Below, one piece after another: positions 11,494 through 23,412 of a stretch of DNA of 40,005 nucleotides. The position numbers and the translations under genes are program-made. Positions within the stretch are counted from its first letter, which is position 1; every line of letters begins with the position of its first letter. The notes beneath the pieces are model-generated. The model was not told the origin of the DNA, did no database searches, and saw only the letters and a list, made by a program, of their open reading frames with translations. The stretch comes from Octopus bimaculoides (Eukaryota), in the NCBI RefSeq assembly GCF_001194135.2, contig NC_068995.1, positions 47,097,547 to 47,137,551 of the forward strand. The letters are read 5' to 3'.

Positions 11494-11930
11494 TATATAT
11501 TCAAGACATAAAAATAAGAATGGTGAATTATACATCCTCAAAAGCCTATTTCTTACAGTATTATATACAATACGCTCATTTTAAATCTCTGTACGAAACG
11601 TGTTTCTACTGCATAGATATCCTAAGATGTGGCATCGAGTTGGTCCAAATGCATTATAAGTTCACCCAGGATATACGTATCGATACAGCTTTATTCAAGG
11701 TGCTACCGTTTAGAGCTTTTGAATAAAGCTGCAAGCATACGTAAACTCTGGATAAACTTATAATTGAACCAACAGCACGCAGCTAGAAGTCACATCTTGG
11801 GATATCTATGCAGTAGAAACACGTGTCGGACAGGGATTTAAAATGAATGTGTTATATATAATACTGTAATAAAGTTTTCTAGAATATATAATTCACCATT
11901 TTTATTTTTTTAATGTCCTATGTCTATATA
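11494..11930. mobile_element. Fully palindromic foldback element (about 205-bp imperfect arms, about 20-nt loop)
   Basis: Matched blocks include AAAATAAGAATGGTGAATTATA, TTACAGTATTATATA, TCATTTTAAATC, ACGTGTTTCTACTGCATAGATATCC and CAGCTTTATTCAA, each with its reverse complement on the right arm. Confidence 0.85.
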
Positions 11931-12164
11931 TATATATAAATGTGTGTGTGAGCGTGCGCGAGTGTGTGTGTGCGTCTGTGTGTCCATATGTTGCACTGAT
12001 AGACATTAACGATCCCTGTGAGGTATTTCATCAAGTTGCAATCTAATAATGGCGCCAGTTTCCCTCGGAGAAAATTCCCATCTTAATATTATCCATTAAA
12101 GTCAAGAGTCTAAGCCTGACATGGGAATCAGTTCCGTGATCAGGGAAATCATTGAAATATAAGT

Positions 12165-12375
12165 GCGTGTGCGGTGTTTGTACGCGTGTGTGTATGAGTG
12201 TCTGTGTGTATGTGCGTGCATGTGTGTGTGCGTGTTTGTGTGTGAGTGTGAATGGGTGGGTGTTTGTGGTGTTTGTGTGTTTCCGTGTGTGTGCGTATGC
12301 GTTTCTGTGTGTAAATATGACAGTCAAACGCCCAATAGCTGGATATTTCTGTATCTATTTATCTATCTACTTACA

Positions 12376-12451
<76 letters not shown>

Positions 12452-12536
12452 ATATATTTATATATATATATATATATATNNNNNNNNNNNNNNNNNNNNN
12501 NNNNNNNNNNNNNNNNNNNNNNNNNNNNNNNNNNNN

Positions 12537-12589
<53 letters not shown>

Positions 12590-12680
12590 TATGTATATAT
12601 ATGGATGGGTAGATAGATAGGTAGGTAGATTGATAGATAGATAAGTAGATGGATACATACATACATATATACATATTGCA
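12165..12680. repeat. (GT)-rich, (CT)n, (TA)n and (GATA)n microsatellites including gap 12480-12536
   Basis: Direct reading. Confidence 0.95.
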
Positions 12681-13749
12681 ACACTCTATGATACAGTTTC
12701 GGTTACAGTGACCTTGTCAAACACGTAATAATAAATTTATAATTGAGAAGTTTTTCACTACAGCAAAAAGAAAAACAAAATAGGTATGCAATGCCAAACC
12801 TAAGGCGGAGTTCATCCAAAATGCCTGCTAGTTAAATTTCCTGATAATGAAGATGGAAAATTCTTGGTAATGAAATAAGAAAATATCGTATAAATAATCT
12901 ACTTTCGTAAGAAAATATAATCAGTATTTTCGTAATGTCTGTCTTGAGGTAAAGCGGTGAGGCTAGTGGTGCTAGTGACGACAGTTTCACGAGAGAAAAA
13001 GATGGACGGTTAGAGAGGAAAGAAATGGTGTAAAGGTTTAAGAAATTGGTTAGGGCTAGAAACTGAGAAAAAAGGGTGAGTGTAAGAGCTTTATTTTGTT
13101 GTAGAAGCTGGTTAAATTTTAAAGTTTTGATCAGATAAAAACCGCTTGGTAATTCAAGAATATCAAAGGATGAAGAGAGAGAGAGAAAAAAAAAGATAAA
13201 AATGAAGAAAGAGAAGGGGAGGGGATGAAAAGGGGTGGAGGTGTTATGTGAGAAAATAGACAAGAATATATTCTTAGAACACAACTGAAGAAGGAATAAG
13301 TCGAAATTATTTTCGTTGAAACTAATTGGTAGAACTGAAAACGGGTATAGAACGGTAGAAAGTATGAGAAAAATTCGCGAAGAAATTAAAAGAAGAAATT
13401 TTATTATAAGAGTGTTTCAGAATGTTGTATGCTAAATAAAGTTGTTTTTATTTGAACTTAACATGTGCAAGTTTCTTTTAACAAAAAATACGATTTACGA
13501 GAGTGAACAGTAAACAGTTGAATCTAGCTTCGGAGGTAAATATATATATAGATTATAGTAATTTATTCTCACTGATTTTTATTTTGTAGAGAAATCGTCG
13601 AAATTTCTATAAACGAAAATTAATGAAGCATTAAAAGTAAGTTTTATCTTGGAAAACTTTGAGAGCTTCAGGCAGCAACGAAAAGATTATGTATAACGAA
13701 TTTCGAATACTAGGGATTAGAGTTTTTATATATCATGTGCAACCGTTAA

Positions 13750-13895
13750 TCCAGAAACATTTCTTTCTCTCTCGGTATGTTTTTTTCTTCTCTCCATCTG
13801 CTGCCTCTCTTTATTCCTTTCTGTAGAAGAGTAGGCTCGAAACATCGAAGACACTTTTATTTTTCCTGAGCGTCTAACTAAAATACCTTGTCCAT
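13750..13895 (+). mobile_element. Family X dispersed repeat with a hammerhead-like motif (putative Penelope pLTR remnant)
   Basis: CCTTTCTGTAGAAGAGTAGGCTCGAAACATC matches the minus strands of 26083-26245 and 32778-32950. Confidence 0.65.
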
Positions 13896-14229
13896 ATATA
13901 TATGCACATAGATATACTGAGAGACAGAGACCTACCTACTTACCAGCCTACCTACTAACTTACCTACATGCATGCATACATTCATATACACCCATACATA
14001 CATACATACATATGTATCCATGTGTGTACGTATTTGGTCATGCATCGTGTTTGTTTTCTGGTGCTTGTCCAGTGGAGCAGTGAAGGAGACGTCGGTCATT
14101 TGCAGCCAATGCAAGCCCGCGGCTGCACATGTCTGCAATGACATCCTTATTACAAGCACCTGTCACGCTTGTTTTATGACATTTATACATTTGTTTATCT
14201 ATGTGTTACCAAGACAACCTCGCTTAGTT

Positions 14230-14355
14230 GCTTTGTAATTGCGGAACTATGTATATGAGTGTGTGTATAAGAGTATGTGTGTGGCGGTGTGTATGCGTAT
14301 GTGTCAGTATAAGCATAATAATATATAATGTACGTATGTTTGTGTGCACAGATGC

Positions 14356-14392
<37 letters not shown>

Positions 14393-14498
14393 ATTGTCTG
14401 TGTGTATAGCCAGTGCATATTTATATCTACGTATACATATAAGAACGTAGTGTGAGCGCACACACACACACACACACACACACATACANNNNNNNNNN

Positions 14499-14567
<69 letters not shown>

Positions 14568-14660
14568 CAACATCGGTATATGCATGCATTTGTATTTATG
14601 TATATGCGAGCACATATACATATATAAACATAAGCACATATATACGTGACACATACATGA
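14230..14660. repeat. (GT)/(CA)n/(TA)n microsatellites including 10-N gap 14489-14498
   Basis: Direct reading. Confidence 0.9.
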
Positions 14661-14881
14661 ATGCATAAATTTACGCTGGTAAACCAAACTATTTCCTCGT
14701 ATCTTAAATGCCTCGTGCAACTGACGTTAGTTTGAAATAATTTTGGTATGAGAAAATATATAACCTGGTTTGCCAAGCAACAATTACAACAGATTCTAAA
14801 TACGTTTAGCATATATGTGTATGTGGAACATAGTGTGTATTTACATGAAAGCCGGCAAATACCACACGCATGTATATTCTT

Positions 14882-15445
14882 TTATTCCCTCCGCCTTAGC
14901 GAAGGCAGCAGTATCGATTTCAGTCGTGTTTTGTTTGTTTGTCCGTGGACAAGATATCTCAAGAACCGCTGTTTAGATTTGGATGAAACTTTCATGGATG
15001 TTTGACCTCGTGACTGGCACGAACTGATTAGATTTGGGGATTGATCTGGTACCGAACAAGGATCCTGGATTATTACCTCCGCCTTTGTTAAGATGGAGGT
15101 ATTGATTTCAGTCGCGTATGTTTCTTAGTTTATTTATTTGTCCGTGGACAAGATATCTCAAGAACTGCTGGATAGATTCGGATGAAACTTTCAGAGATGT
15201 TTGACCTCGTGACTGGCACGAACCGATTAGATTTTGGGATCGATCCGGTACCGGACAAGTATTATTTTTCCGGGTTTTTTATTTAATTTTTGAGAGCAGT
15301 CGAGTTCACTTTTAGTATTCTCGTTCGTAAGAGCAGTCAGGTTTATTTAAGATATTCTCATTTTAAAAATCATCCCCCAACTAATCGTTGCGAGGACGTT
15401 GGTGTTGCCTTGGTGGAGGTTTACGATCTCTGGGTGCTCTGGTTC
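14882..15445 (+). mobile_element. Helentron/HINE (DINE-1/pearl-like) non-autonomous element with a duplicated 5' module
   Basis: 5' TTATTACCTCCGCC with nearby inverted GGAGGT, (GTTT)-like tract, core GATGAAACTTT...GATTAGATTTTGG, 3' subTIR TTGGTGGAGGT plus short degenerate hairpin; 14882-15069 repeats 15070-15260. Confidence 0.75.
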
Positions 15446-15451
15446 TTCTAT

Positions 15452-15790
15452 TCTTTTCCTTGTTTCAGTCGTTTGACTGCAGCCACGCTGGAGCACCGTC
15501 CTAAAGGTTTTATTCGATGAAATCGATCCGAGACTTATACTTTGTAAGCTTGATACTTATTCTATCGACTTTTTTGCGCGAACCGTTAAGTTACGGGGAC
15601 ATAAACACACCAGCATTGGTTGTCAAGCAGTTGTGGGGTGACAAAAACAGACACGCGCACGCACGTACACACACACACAAATATATGCATATACACAAAC
15701 ATACACGACGGGTTTCTTTCAATTTCCGTCTACCAAAGCGACTCACGAGGCTTTGCTTGGACAAAAGCCACAGTAAAAGACATTTGCCCG
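15452..15790 (-). mobile_element. SINE family D, 3' and central part
   Basis: TTTCAGTCGTTTGACTGCAGCCACGCTGGAGCACC...CCGTCTACCAAAG is the reverse complement of the 1766-2110 copy. Confidence 0.85.
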
Positions 15791-15806
15791 GGGGCTTATT
15801 CTTTGT

Positions 15807-16156
15807 NNNNNNNNNNNNNNNNNNNNNNNNNNNNNNNNNNNNNNNNNNNNNNNNNNNNNNNNNNNNNNNNNNNNNNNNNNNNNNNNNNNNNNNNNNNNNN
15901 NNNNNNNNNNNNNNNNNNNNNNNNNNNNNNNNNNNNNNNNNNNNNNNNNNNNNNNNNNNNNNNNNNNNNNNNNNNNNNNNNNNNNNNNNNNNNNNNNNNN
16001 NNNNNNNNNNNNNNNNNNNNNNNNNNNNNNNNNNNNNNNNNNNNNNNNNNNNNNNNNNNNNNNNNNNNNNNNNNNNNNNNNNNNNNNNNNNNNNNNNNNN
16101 NNNNNNNNNNNNNNNNNNNNNNNNNNNNNNNNNNNNNNNNNNNNNNNNNNNNNNNN
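15807..16156. other. Assembly gap
   Basis: N-run. Confidence 1.
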
Positions 16157-16188
<32 letters not shown>

Positions 16189-17165
16189 CATATGAGTGTA
16201 TAGATAGATAGATAGAAAGTTTTTCGTTATATATATTTTCCTCTTGGCTTTGTAATTCGTCCGTTTTTTTCTTTTTTTACTTGTCTCATTCTGTTCTTCA
16301 TGTTCGCTCACTCATAGTCCGGCAGCTTTTGCCGTTGAAGGATGAGCATTACTGCTATATTTGTCTGCTATTTCTAGCAGGTTGAACAGCGGTATAGATG
16401 TCCCTGTACTTGGTCCTCGATAGCGTAATATGCATTGCTACACTGTGGATGACTATTACATAAGATTCACAGCAACCGGAGTGAATTAGCCGAGTAATAG
16501 TTTTTGACAGTTAAACCATGTGCAATATGTGCAAAACAAAACGATCGCCAGCAGTGAAAAATGATGCTATGATTATTGCCCTGTTGCTATTGCCTTGATC
16601 AAATAAACCCTTTGATCAAAGGCTAATATTCAGAAAATTTTACAATAGTTTATCTGCTGCTTAACATTCTCCTGCCAGTATATTTTTCTTTTCTCTTATT
16701 CTTTTTTTCTTTTCAGTAACGTAAGCAAGCATTACATAATCAACGATAATTTTAAAAGCAATGAGGTTAAATAAAATACGTCTGAACGCATCATGAATTC
16801 GTTGCAGTTGCTAGGAGTACGAACATAAAATATTGGTATCACAGTAAAAGGATATAATAGCATAAATGAATGAATTTAGCGCTTCATAGCAGGATACACT
16901 GAGTTGCTGTTCCGTTTCTACATTTATACAAATAATAAAATTTGTCTCGAGAATATCTTCAAATAGACCACATGATCGCTTGTCTTTTTGTTATATCAGC
17001 TGGTGTTTCTGTGCGGTTTTTATTTTAGCATTTGTTGAGCAGTAGTATTTCTTTATAACCTGAAGCCAAACTGAAATTTTGAAATCATTTCCCCTATTGT
17101 TGTTCTTATATAGGGAGTATCTCTTGGTTGAAGAGTTCTGTCTTTCTCAATGACGCTATAATTTT

Positions 17166-17560
17166 GTTGTTGTTGTTGGCACTCCGTCGCTTACAACGTC
17201 AAGGGTTCCAGTTGATCCGATCAACGGAACAGCCTGCTCGTGAAATTAACGTGCAAGTGGCTGAGCACTCCACAGACACGTGTACCCTTAACGTAGTTCT
17301 CGGGAATATTCAGCGTGACACAGAGTGTGACAAGGCTGACCCTTTGAATTACAGGCACAACAGAAACAGGAAGTAAGAGTGAGAGAAAGTTGTGGTGAAA
17401 GAGTACGGCAGGGTTCACCACCATCCCCCTGCCGGAGCCTCGTGGAGCTTTTAAGTGTTTTCGTTCAATAAACACTCACAACGCCCGGTCTGGGAATCGA
17501 AACTGCGATCCTATGACCGCGAGTCCGCTGCCCTAACCACTGGGCCATTGCGCCTCCACA
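17166..17560 (-). mobile_element. SINE family B, full length, with 10-bp TSD
   Basis: A and B boxes, (CAA)n tail; CTATAATTTT at 17156-17165 and 17561-17570. Confidence 0.95.
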
Positions 17561-17699
17561 CTATAATTTTACACAGCAGCAAACAGTCATGCATCAATAA
17601 CGGAGCCCAAAATCTGCTTCCATCTCCATAACGTATAAGCCCTATCATATATCGTGCCTTCAATACTGCCCACTCAGCTTTTTGCCATAGATCTATAGC

Positions 17700-18330
17700 C
17701 AAGAGACGGTCAGTAACTTCATTAATTCTCGCATTAAGAGTAGAGACATCATTAATTTCTGTAATGTAACACTCGATATGATCTTATTGCTCAATACAAT
17801 AGCATTCGTCAGCGAGATATAACCAGAAAGAGCAGCAATGTTAGTGATGGATGTAATGTGCCCATAGCACTCCACTTGGTCTTGTGTTCGTACCATGAGA
17901 AATTCTGAGATCTCATGTAAGCCTGTATGTGGAGCATTGGAGCTATGTTGAAGCTCCTTCTTCGAAGTCCAATTTTCAGATCCATTGAAAATATTCTCTA
18001 CACAAATCTTGAAGAATGCCAGCCTTCTTCACTTTGAAATACTTGGCTAGATTCAAACTAGAAACCTTTATTTCTAAGCTTTGGCTAGTAACACTCTTAT
18101 CCCATAGGCTACCAATGCACACATCAACGGAGGAGTCAAATCTCTGCATTCATTTCTATAACGTAAAAGTCATAATACAAAATATCCTATGCACTCAGCG
18201 ACTGCCAATCAGCTCTTACCATTCGTTGTTCTTAACTATGGCAAGGTTAGAAGCTTGATTAACTCAAATATTACATATGGTTAGAGGCTTCTTCGACTTC
18301 TAAATCATTTGTCTCTTACAAATCTGGTAC
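17700..18330 (-). pseudogene. Decayed RTE-clade LINE, region C-terminal to the RT core
   Basis: Frameshifted translation FFKICVENIFNGSENWT...SWYEHKT...ECYG...LADECYC resembles RTE FRAcVESILLYGSETWT...SW.EH.TN.ELYG...LAGHC. Confidence 0.6.
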
Positions 18331-19973
18331 AATACAAAATAACTCCATATCTGATTTTTTTTTGAGAAACAAAAGAGTTGCCAGTGGCATATTTTGTCTT
18401 CTTAAAGCAAATCCAATCAAAATTAATCTTAGTCAGCATTCATATAATGATGTGTCATTATGTGTTTTTTTTAATAGTTAGTATTATGTATTTTTTTATG
18501 TACAATAAGAACACCAAGTGCAACTTGTATAGAAAAAGGGCTACGACCAACATTTTACTCTTCAATTTGCGAAGCTACATCTTCAAATGTGAATAAAAAA
18601 AATTACAGTAATTTTTGTCGGTAGCCTGAATTCCACAATTAAATATGCGTGTGTATGTGTGTGTGTGTGTCTGTGTGTGTGTGTGTCTGTGTGTGTATAT
18701 TGTAAGGAAAATGGGTATTACGACAGACGCCTGTGTGTACCTTATGAATACATTTTAGCAATATCTAACCATAATCTATCTCTAATTAGGTTATTTATGT
18801 AGAAAACCAACATATTTTAGCGTTAATGATTCCCACTGTTTATGAACCCGCAAAAACTTTTTACTTTACAAGAATGAAGGACAACACAGATTAACGAGAC
18901 TAAAATATAGGAAATTCACAATCTAGTATATAACATATGTGTGTTCCCATCATTAGCCGGCAAACGGATATCACTATCGTTTCGACACCTGAGCAGTACC
19001 ATTCAATCCTGCAATGCCAACAATGTTAAAATTATAAACGATGCCTGGAAATCCATCAGCTTATTACTACAAATAACAACATCAGAGTAAATAAATAGTG
19101 ATAACTGAAATAATGCTAATAACAAAGAGTTTATTTCAAAATGGACAATCAGACGACACAACAAACACAGACTATTTGATACATTTTTTCTTAATCGACA
19201 TCACATCTTGAATGTGATATCACACCCGAAACAAGCCTAACAAAGATTAGAGGAACAATGCATCTCGTAAAGATCGTCCTCGAACAATATACGAGAAAAC
19301 GGACAAACTTAGATCAATATCTAGGAAGCAAGTTGAACAAGTTAACCAAGTTGAATTGCTTATTAAAAGTAAAACAATAAAAAGGGAAATAGAATAGAAT
19401 TAAATAATACATACATACATACATACGCACACACACATATACATACATACATACATATATATAATGATATGTAATTGTAAGCTCCAAGGATCTAGGTGTA
19501 GGAAGTTAATAAGCTTCGAGTAGTCCGTAGTAGGTATAAAGAAAAACAACTTTCCGGAACAATAATAGTATATTGGCGAAGGTTCTAGGTTTACCCATAT
19601 CGAAGTTCGATAAATTGACAGAAGGTGTTATTATAATTCACAGTTAGAAGCTTGGGTTGCTATGTGATGCGAATAAAAACCCAAATTGGAGGAATGGGAC
19701 AGGTAAAAATCCAGGCTACATATGTGCTTCCTAGCAAGCATAATGTAAGACATTCCAACCATGACGACTTTATCAATGTTGCACAACAGGAAATACATCT
19801 ACTGAAAGGATCACACACGTAATAGAGACCAACCAAAACGAAAGAAAGATAGTATTTCTTAATGTGGCATAGTAAACTACGTCTAGAAGATGTATATGTG
19901 TCTATCCAAGAATAAGACACCTACTGAAGATTAGAGATTAAAATAATAAAAGCGTTGTGTATTTAATAATATT

Positions 19974-20175
19974 CTGGCAGAAACTTTAGCACGCAGGACG
20001 AAATGCTTAGCGGTATTTCTTCTGTCTTTACGTTCTGATTTCAAATTTCGCCGAGGTCGACTTTACCTTTCGGGGTCAATAAATCAAATATAAATTTCGT
20101 ACTGGGATTGGTCTAATCGACTGCCCCCCCCTCCCCCAAAATTCCGGGCCTTATGCTTAGAGTAGAAAAGAATAT
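19974..20175 (+). mobile_element. SINE family A, tail type 1
   Basis: TGGCAGAAAC A box, GTTCTGATTTCAAATTTCGCC B-box region, tail GGCCTTATGCTTAGAGTAGAAAAGA. Confidence 0.88.
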
Positions 20176-20214
20176 TCTCAAGAAAGAAGGTGTTGATTCC
20201 TATGACCAAAATAC

Positions 20215-21260
20215 TCAATTTTTGTCTTTAACAAATAGCCAAATTTCTTGATTTGCAGTTTTCTCACTAATTTCTTTCTTCACACTGTCATTCCTTCCAT
20301 ATTCTCTGTATAGTGAAATGCGGAACATTTCATTTCAGTACCATTTCATTTCAAAAGCTATGATTCTTTTCTCAATTTCAGCATCTAACATCGATGATAC
20401 GCCTTATAGAGTTCGCTTGAAATTGCTATTGCTCTCCAAATCGAATTTTTGTGATTATTGCATTGTTTATTTATTTATTTATTTATTTGTGCGAAACAAA
20501 CTCTAATTTTGCTAGAATTACTGTAGCGGTTCCCGTCTGCCATATTACTTCTTCCTTTGATCTCACTTCTTCTGCTTTCGTTTTCACCAAATATTTAAAT
20601 TAACTGGTTTGAGCATTTTCTCTATTGTTTCAATCGAAGCGGCTATTTTCTCTTTTGTTTTTACTCACTATCAGTACTTGGCTGTCTTCAGTGCTTATTT
20701 CCATTTCACATCTTCATGCAATTGCATCAAGACACGTTGTTAGAATTTCAAAGTTCGTCTTAGAGGTCTCCTTATATCCTTTAAATCAATATTATCTGCA
20801 AAACGAAGATTATCAACCACTCTACTGCCCACTTTAACATTTCCTTCAAAAGATTCAAGGACTTCCATTATTAAACATTTTAGAAACAAACCGAAACGAC
20901 ACGGTAATAGAAACAAACTGAAACGACACGGTAATAGAAACATATTTGTCTGACACCATATGTTGTTTTAAACCAGACGCTTAGAGAATTTCCAAACAAA
21001 ACCAACCATTTACTAATAAGCTGATGGGAAAGTTTTGAATAATAACTCACAGCACTCCATGCCACACAATTTGAAAGCATTTTTAAAAAAATCAATAAAG
21101 TTATGTAAAAGGCCGAACTGATGCTGTATTTCGTGCAATAATATTATCGTAATAAATTTTGTTAAATGTATTTCTTCCGTGCTGAATGCCACTCTGTGTT
21201 CCACTAAGCATAATTTTTCTTGTTAGCTTCATTCGAGCAAGCAAAGACTTATAGGAAAAC
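20215..21260 (-). pseudogene. Decayed RTE-clade LINE reverse transcriptase fragment
   Basis: HNFIDFFKNAF (IDFxKAFD), WFKTTYGVRQ, LLPCRF, VDNLRFADNIDL (FADD mutated to FADN at 20802-20791), FKYL, IEKRIIAFEMKWY; stops and frameshifts. Confidence 0.92.
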
Positions 21261-21394
21261 TTTGCATGGATGGTTAATTAAACTAATTCTATCGACTTTT
21301 TTCCCTCTTTTTTTTTTTTAGTGGGTGAGTGCACATTTTGTATCTCCTTTCCTGGCAGTTGTATAATAACTAAAGTGTGTGTATAAATATATAT

Positions 21395-21565
21395 GTAAGA
21401 TCAACAAAAGTGTATAGCATCTGGTGAGAAATAAATATTATTTGATAAGCACAATATATGTTTCTATGTGCTACTATTAGTTTCATGTGCTGAGAACATG
21501 CTAGACTAATTTTTAACACATCTGGTGTCCTACCACAATCATGAGATACTGCCCACATGGCATAG
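21395..21565 (+). mobile_element. Internal fragment of the MITE family at 10891-11248
   Basis: GTAAGATCAACAAAA...ATGTTTCTATGTGCTACTATTAGTTTCATGTGCTGAGAAC aligns with 10999-11165. Confidence 0.7.
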
Positions 21566-22066
21566 CGAATTAAAAAAGGGACGATAGGATGAGAGAATAA
21601 GGCGAGAAAGAAGTAGATATAAAAGGTAGAAAGTTAAAAAACGGAAAACGAAAAAGAAATCAGAAAGAAGTAAAAGGAGAAGAATGAGCGTTATTTCCCC
21701 TTGAGGCCATAAAATATAAGGCTGAAAATATAGTGGCTTACAGCCTGTGGTAAAATTATTCAATTCAAAGAATAATACACTTTCCATTTCGTGAATAAGA
21801 ACTTAGCCATATGCTTACAACTGCTGGAAATTTGAGATTTAGAATTCAGCAGTGAGTTAAAGTTCTTAGATCTGAATAATCGTTGAAAAAGAATTAAACT
21901 GGACACATCCAAAGGTAAGTGACAAGAGGTGGATGATAACAGTAACAGACTTGATTCCAAGGGACTATAAAAGAAACAGGAAATGGTAAGGGACTATAAA
22001 AGAAACGGGAAGAAAATGGAGAGCTTCATAGGATAAACAATTACAGAAGAGAAGATTGATTATAAC

Positions 22067-22340
22067 ACACCTTTCTATGTGTTCACTGACGTGAATCTGT
22101 CTGATATGTGGGTGGCAGATTCGTTCTTTGTGAAGAGTGGTTCTTCGACGGAGTGATATTCCTGTTTGGCCAATATATTGATTACTGCACCCTAAGCAGG
22201 TAATGACATAGATTAGGTTTTCTGAAGCACAGGTGAAATTTGATTTAGTCGTAAATATTTCACCTTGTTTAAAGTGGAACTGTGTACCCTCCAAAAGGTG
22301 GGGGCATGTGCCACAGTTAGGCCAACCGCTTTGTTTTCAC
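22067..22340 (-). pseudogene. Penelope-like retroelement GIY-YIG endonuclease remnant
   Basis: PNCGTCPHL...NFTCASENLIYVITCLGCSNQYIGQTGISLRRRTTLH...VSEHI: Cys-rich linker plus (G/L)IY-x10-YIG, conserved Arg and His; C-terminal Glu/Asn motifs absent. Confidence 0.9.
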
Positions 22341-22424
22341 TTTTAGTTCCGTTGTTAATGGTTAAAGTCTTTTGTTGGTTAATATTAATGCAATTTATGG
22401 AAGGTTTTCTTTGTAGATTTTAGC

Positions 22425-22575
22425 TCAATATCACTCTGGACCGAGCAGACATAGATCAAAGACATTCCAACTATGACGTTCCCCTCTTTATTTGGGCATA
22501 CTTATTGTGTAAATTAATGTCTGTTTTGACTGAGCAGACTAATGATCAAAGACCTACTCCCGGTGATTTTCCTGC
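22425..22575 (+). repeat. Two tandem fragments of a short interspersed repeat (GAGCAGAC...GATCAAAGAC)
   Basis: GACCGAGCAGACATAGATCAAAGAC and GACTGAGCAGACTAATGATCAAAGAC; related fragment at about 36310-36380. Confidence 0.55.
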
Positions 22576-23280
22576 CTTCTATTCAGACATAACTCTCATC
22601 AAAAATTCCATTATCCCTATCAATGTGAGTGTAGCAAGTGGAATAAGACTTAATGTTGTAAAATAGAACCAAAATCTAATTTCCCATTTAGTTTGTATGT
22701 CAACAGTCTATCACACTTTTACATCTTGGTGAAACTGTTAAAACATTGTGAAATGGTGTTTAATGAAATTAAGCAATCAATTAATTGCTAATGAAGCTGG
22801 GCTTGATCATAACACTCATTGAGAAAGCATTCATCACCGTGCTACCTTTTCCCTCTGTATAACGATTTAATTGTTGTTGTTGATGATCTTGATGTTGTTG
22901 TTGTTGTTATTGTTCAAAGAAATGGAAGCAATGTACAAATAGGTTGAATGTTTTGCTTGTATGTTTTTTTAACAAATTGGTTCTTTGCACTGCGTTACCA
23001 TATTTGTAAAACAGAAATTAAATCCCACTCACCCACATACCTCCATACAGAATGGGCAATCTTACCTTTTGTTCGCAACCAGCTCACAGTCAGTAAGTCC
23101 AACAGACTGTCAACCAATCGTAGAGTACTAATTAATAGTGATAATGTGCTAATTAATAGAGTAGGCATTTGTTAATTATCACACCTAGAAAAATTGAAGA
23201 TTTAAGATTGTCATACAAAAAGGAAAAAAAAGTGGCAAATATGTGGTCATACTTGCAAATAAATATTATTTTTAAAAAAA

Positions 23281-23406
23281 GGTGGCAAGCTAGCAGAACT
23301 GTTACTGTGCCAGGCAAAATGCTTAGCAGCATTTCTTCTATCTTCAAGTTCTGAGCTCAAATTCTGCTGAAGTTGACTTCGCCTTTCATCTTTAAATGAT
23401 AAAATA
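23281..23406 (+). mobile_element. SINE family A head, 3'-truncated
   Basis: GCAAGCTAGCAGAA...AAATGCTTAGC...GTTCTGAGCTCAAATTCTGC. Confidence 0.8.
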
Positions 23407-23412
23407 CAGCAC

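Noticed and set aside
12832-13284. 150-aa minus-strand ORF
   Set aside because: F/L/S/I-rich translation of a pyrimidine-rich strand; no recognisable domain
13285-13320. CTGAAGA-AGGAATAAGTC-GAAA hammerhead-like string
   Set aside because: No stem II pairing, and the implied cleavage nucleotide would be G
13590-13636. 47-nt segment flanked by TTTTGTAG and GTAAGT
   Set aside because: Stops in all three frames; cannot be an internal coding exon and there is no support as a UTR exon
17490-17560. tRNA gene calls at SINE heads (also 8770-8837, 23413-23480 and 29675-29730)
   Set aside because: A/B boxes are present but run into SINE bodies with tails and TSDs; no complete cloverleaf or terminator
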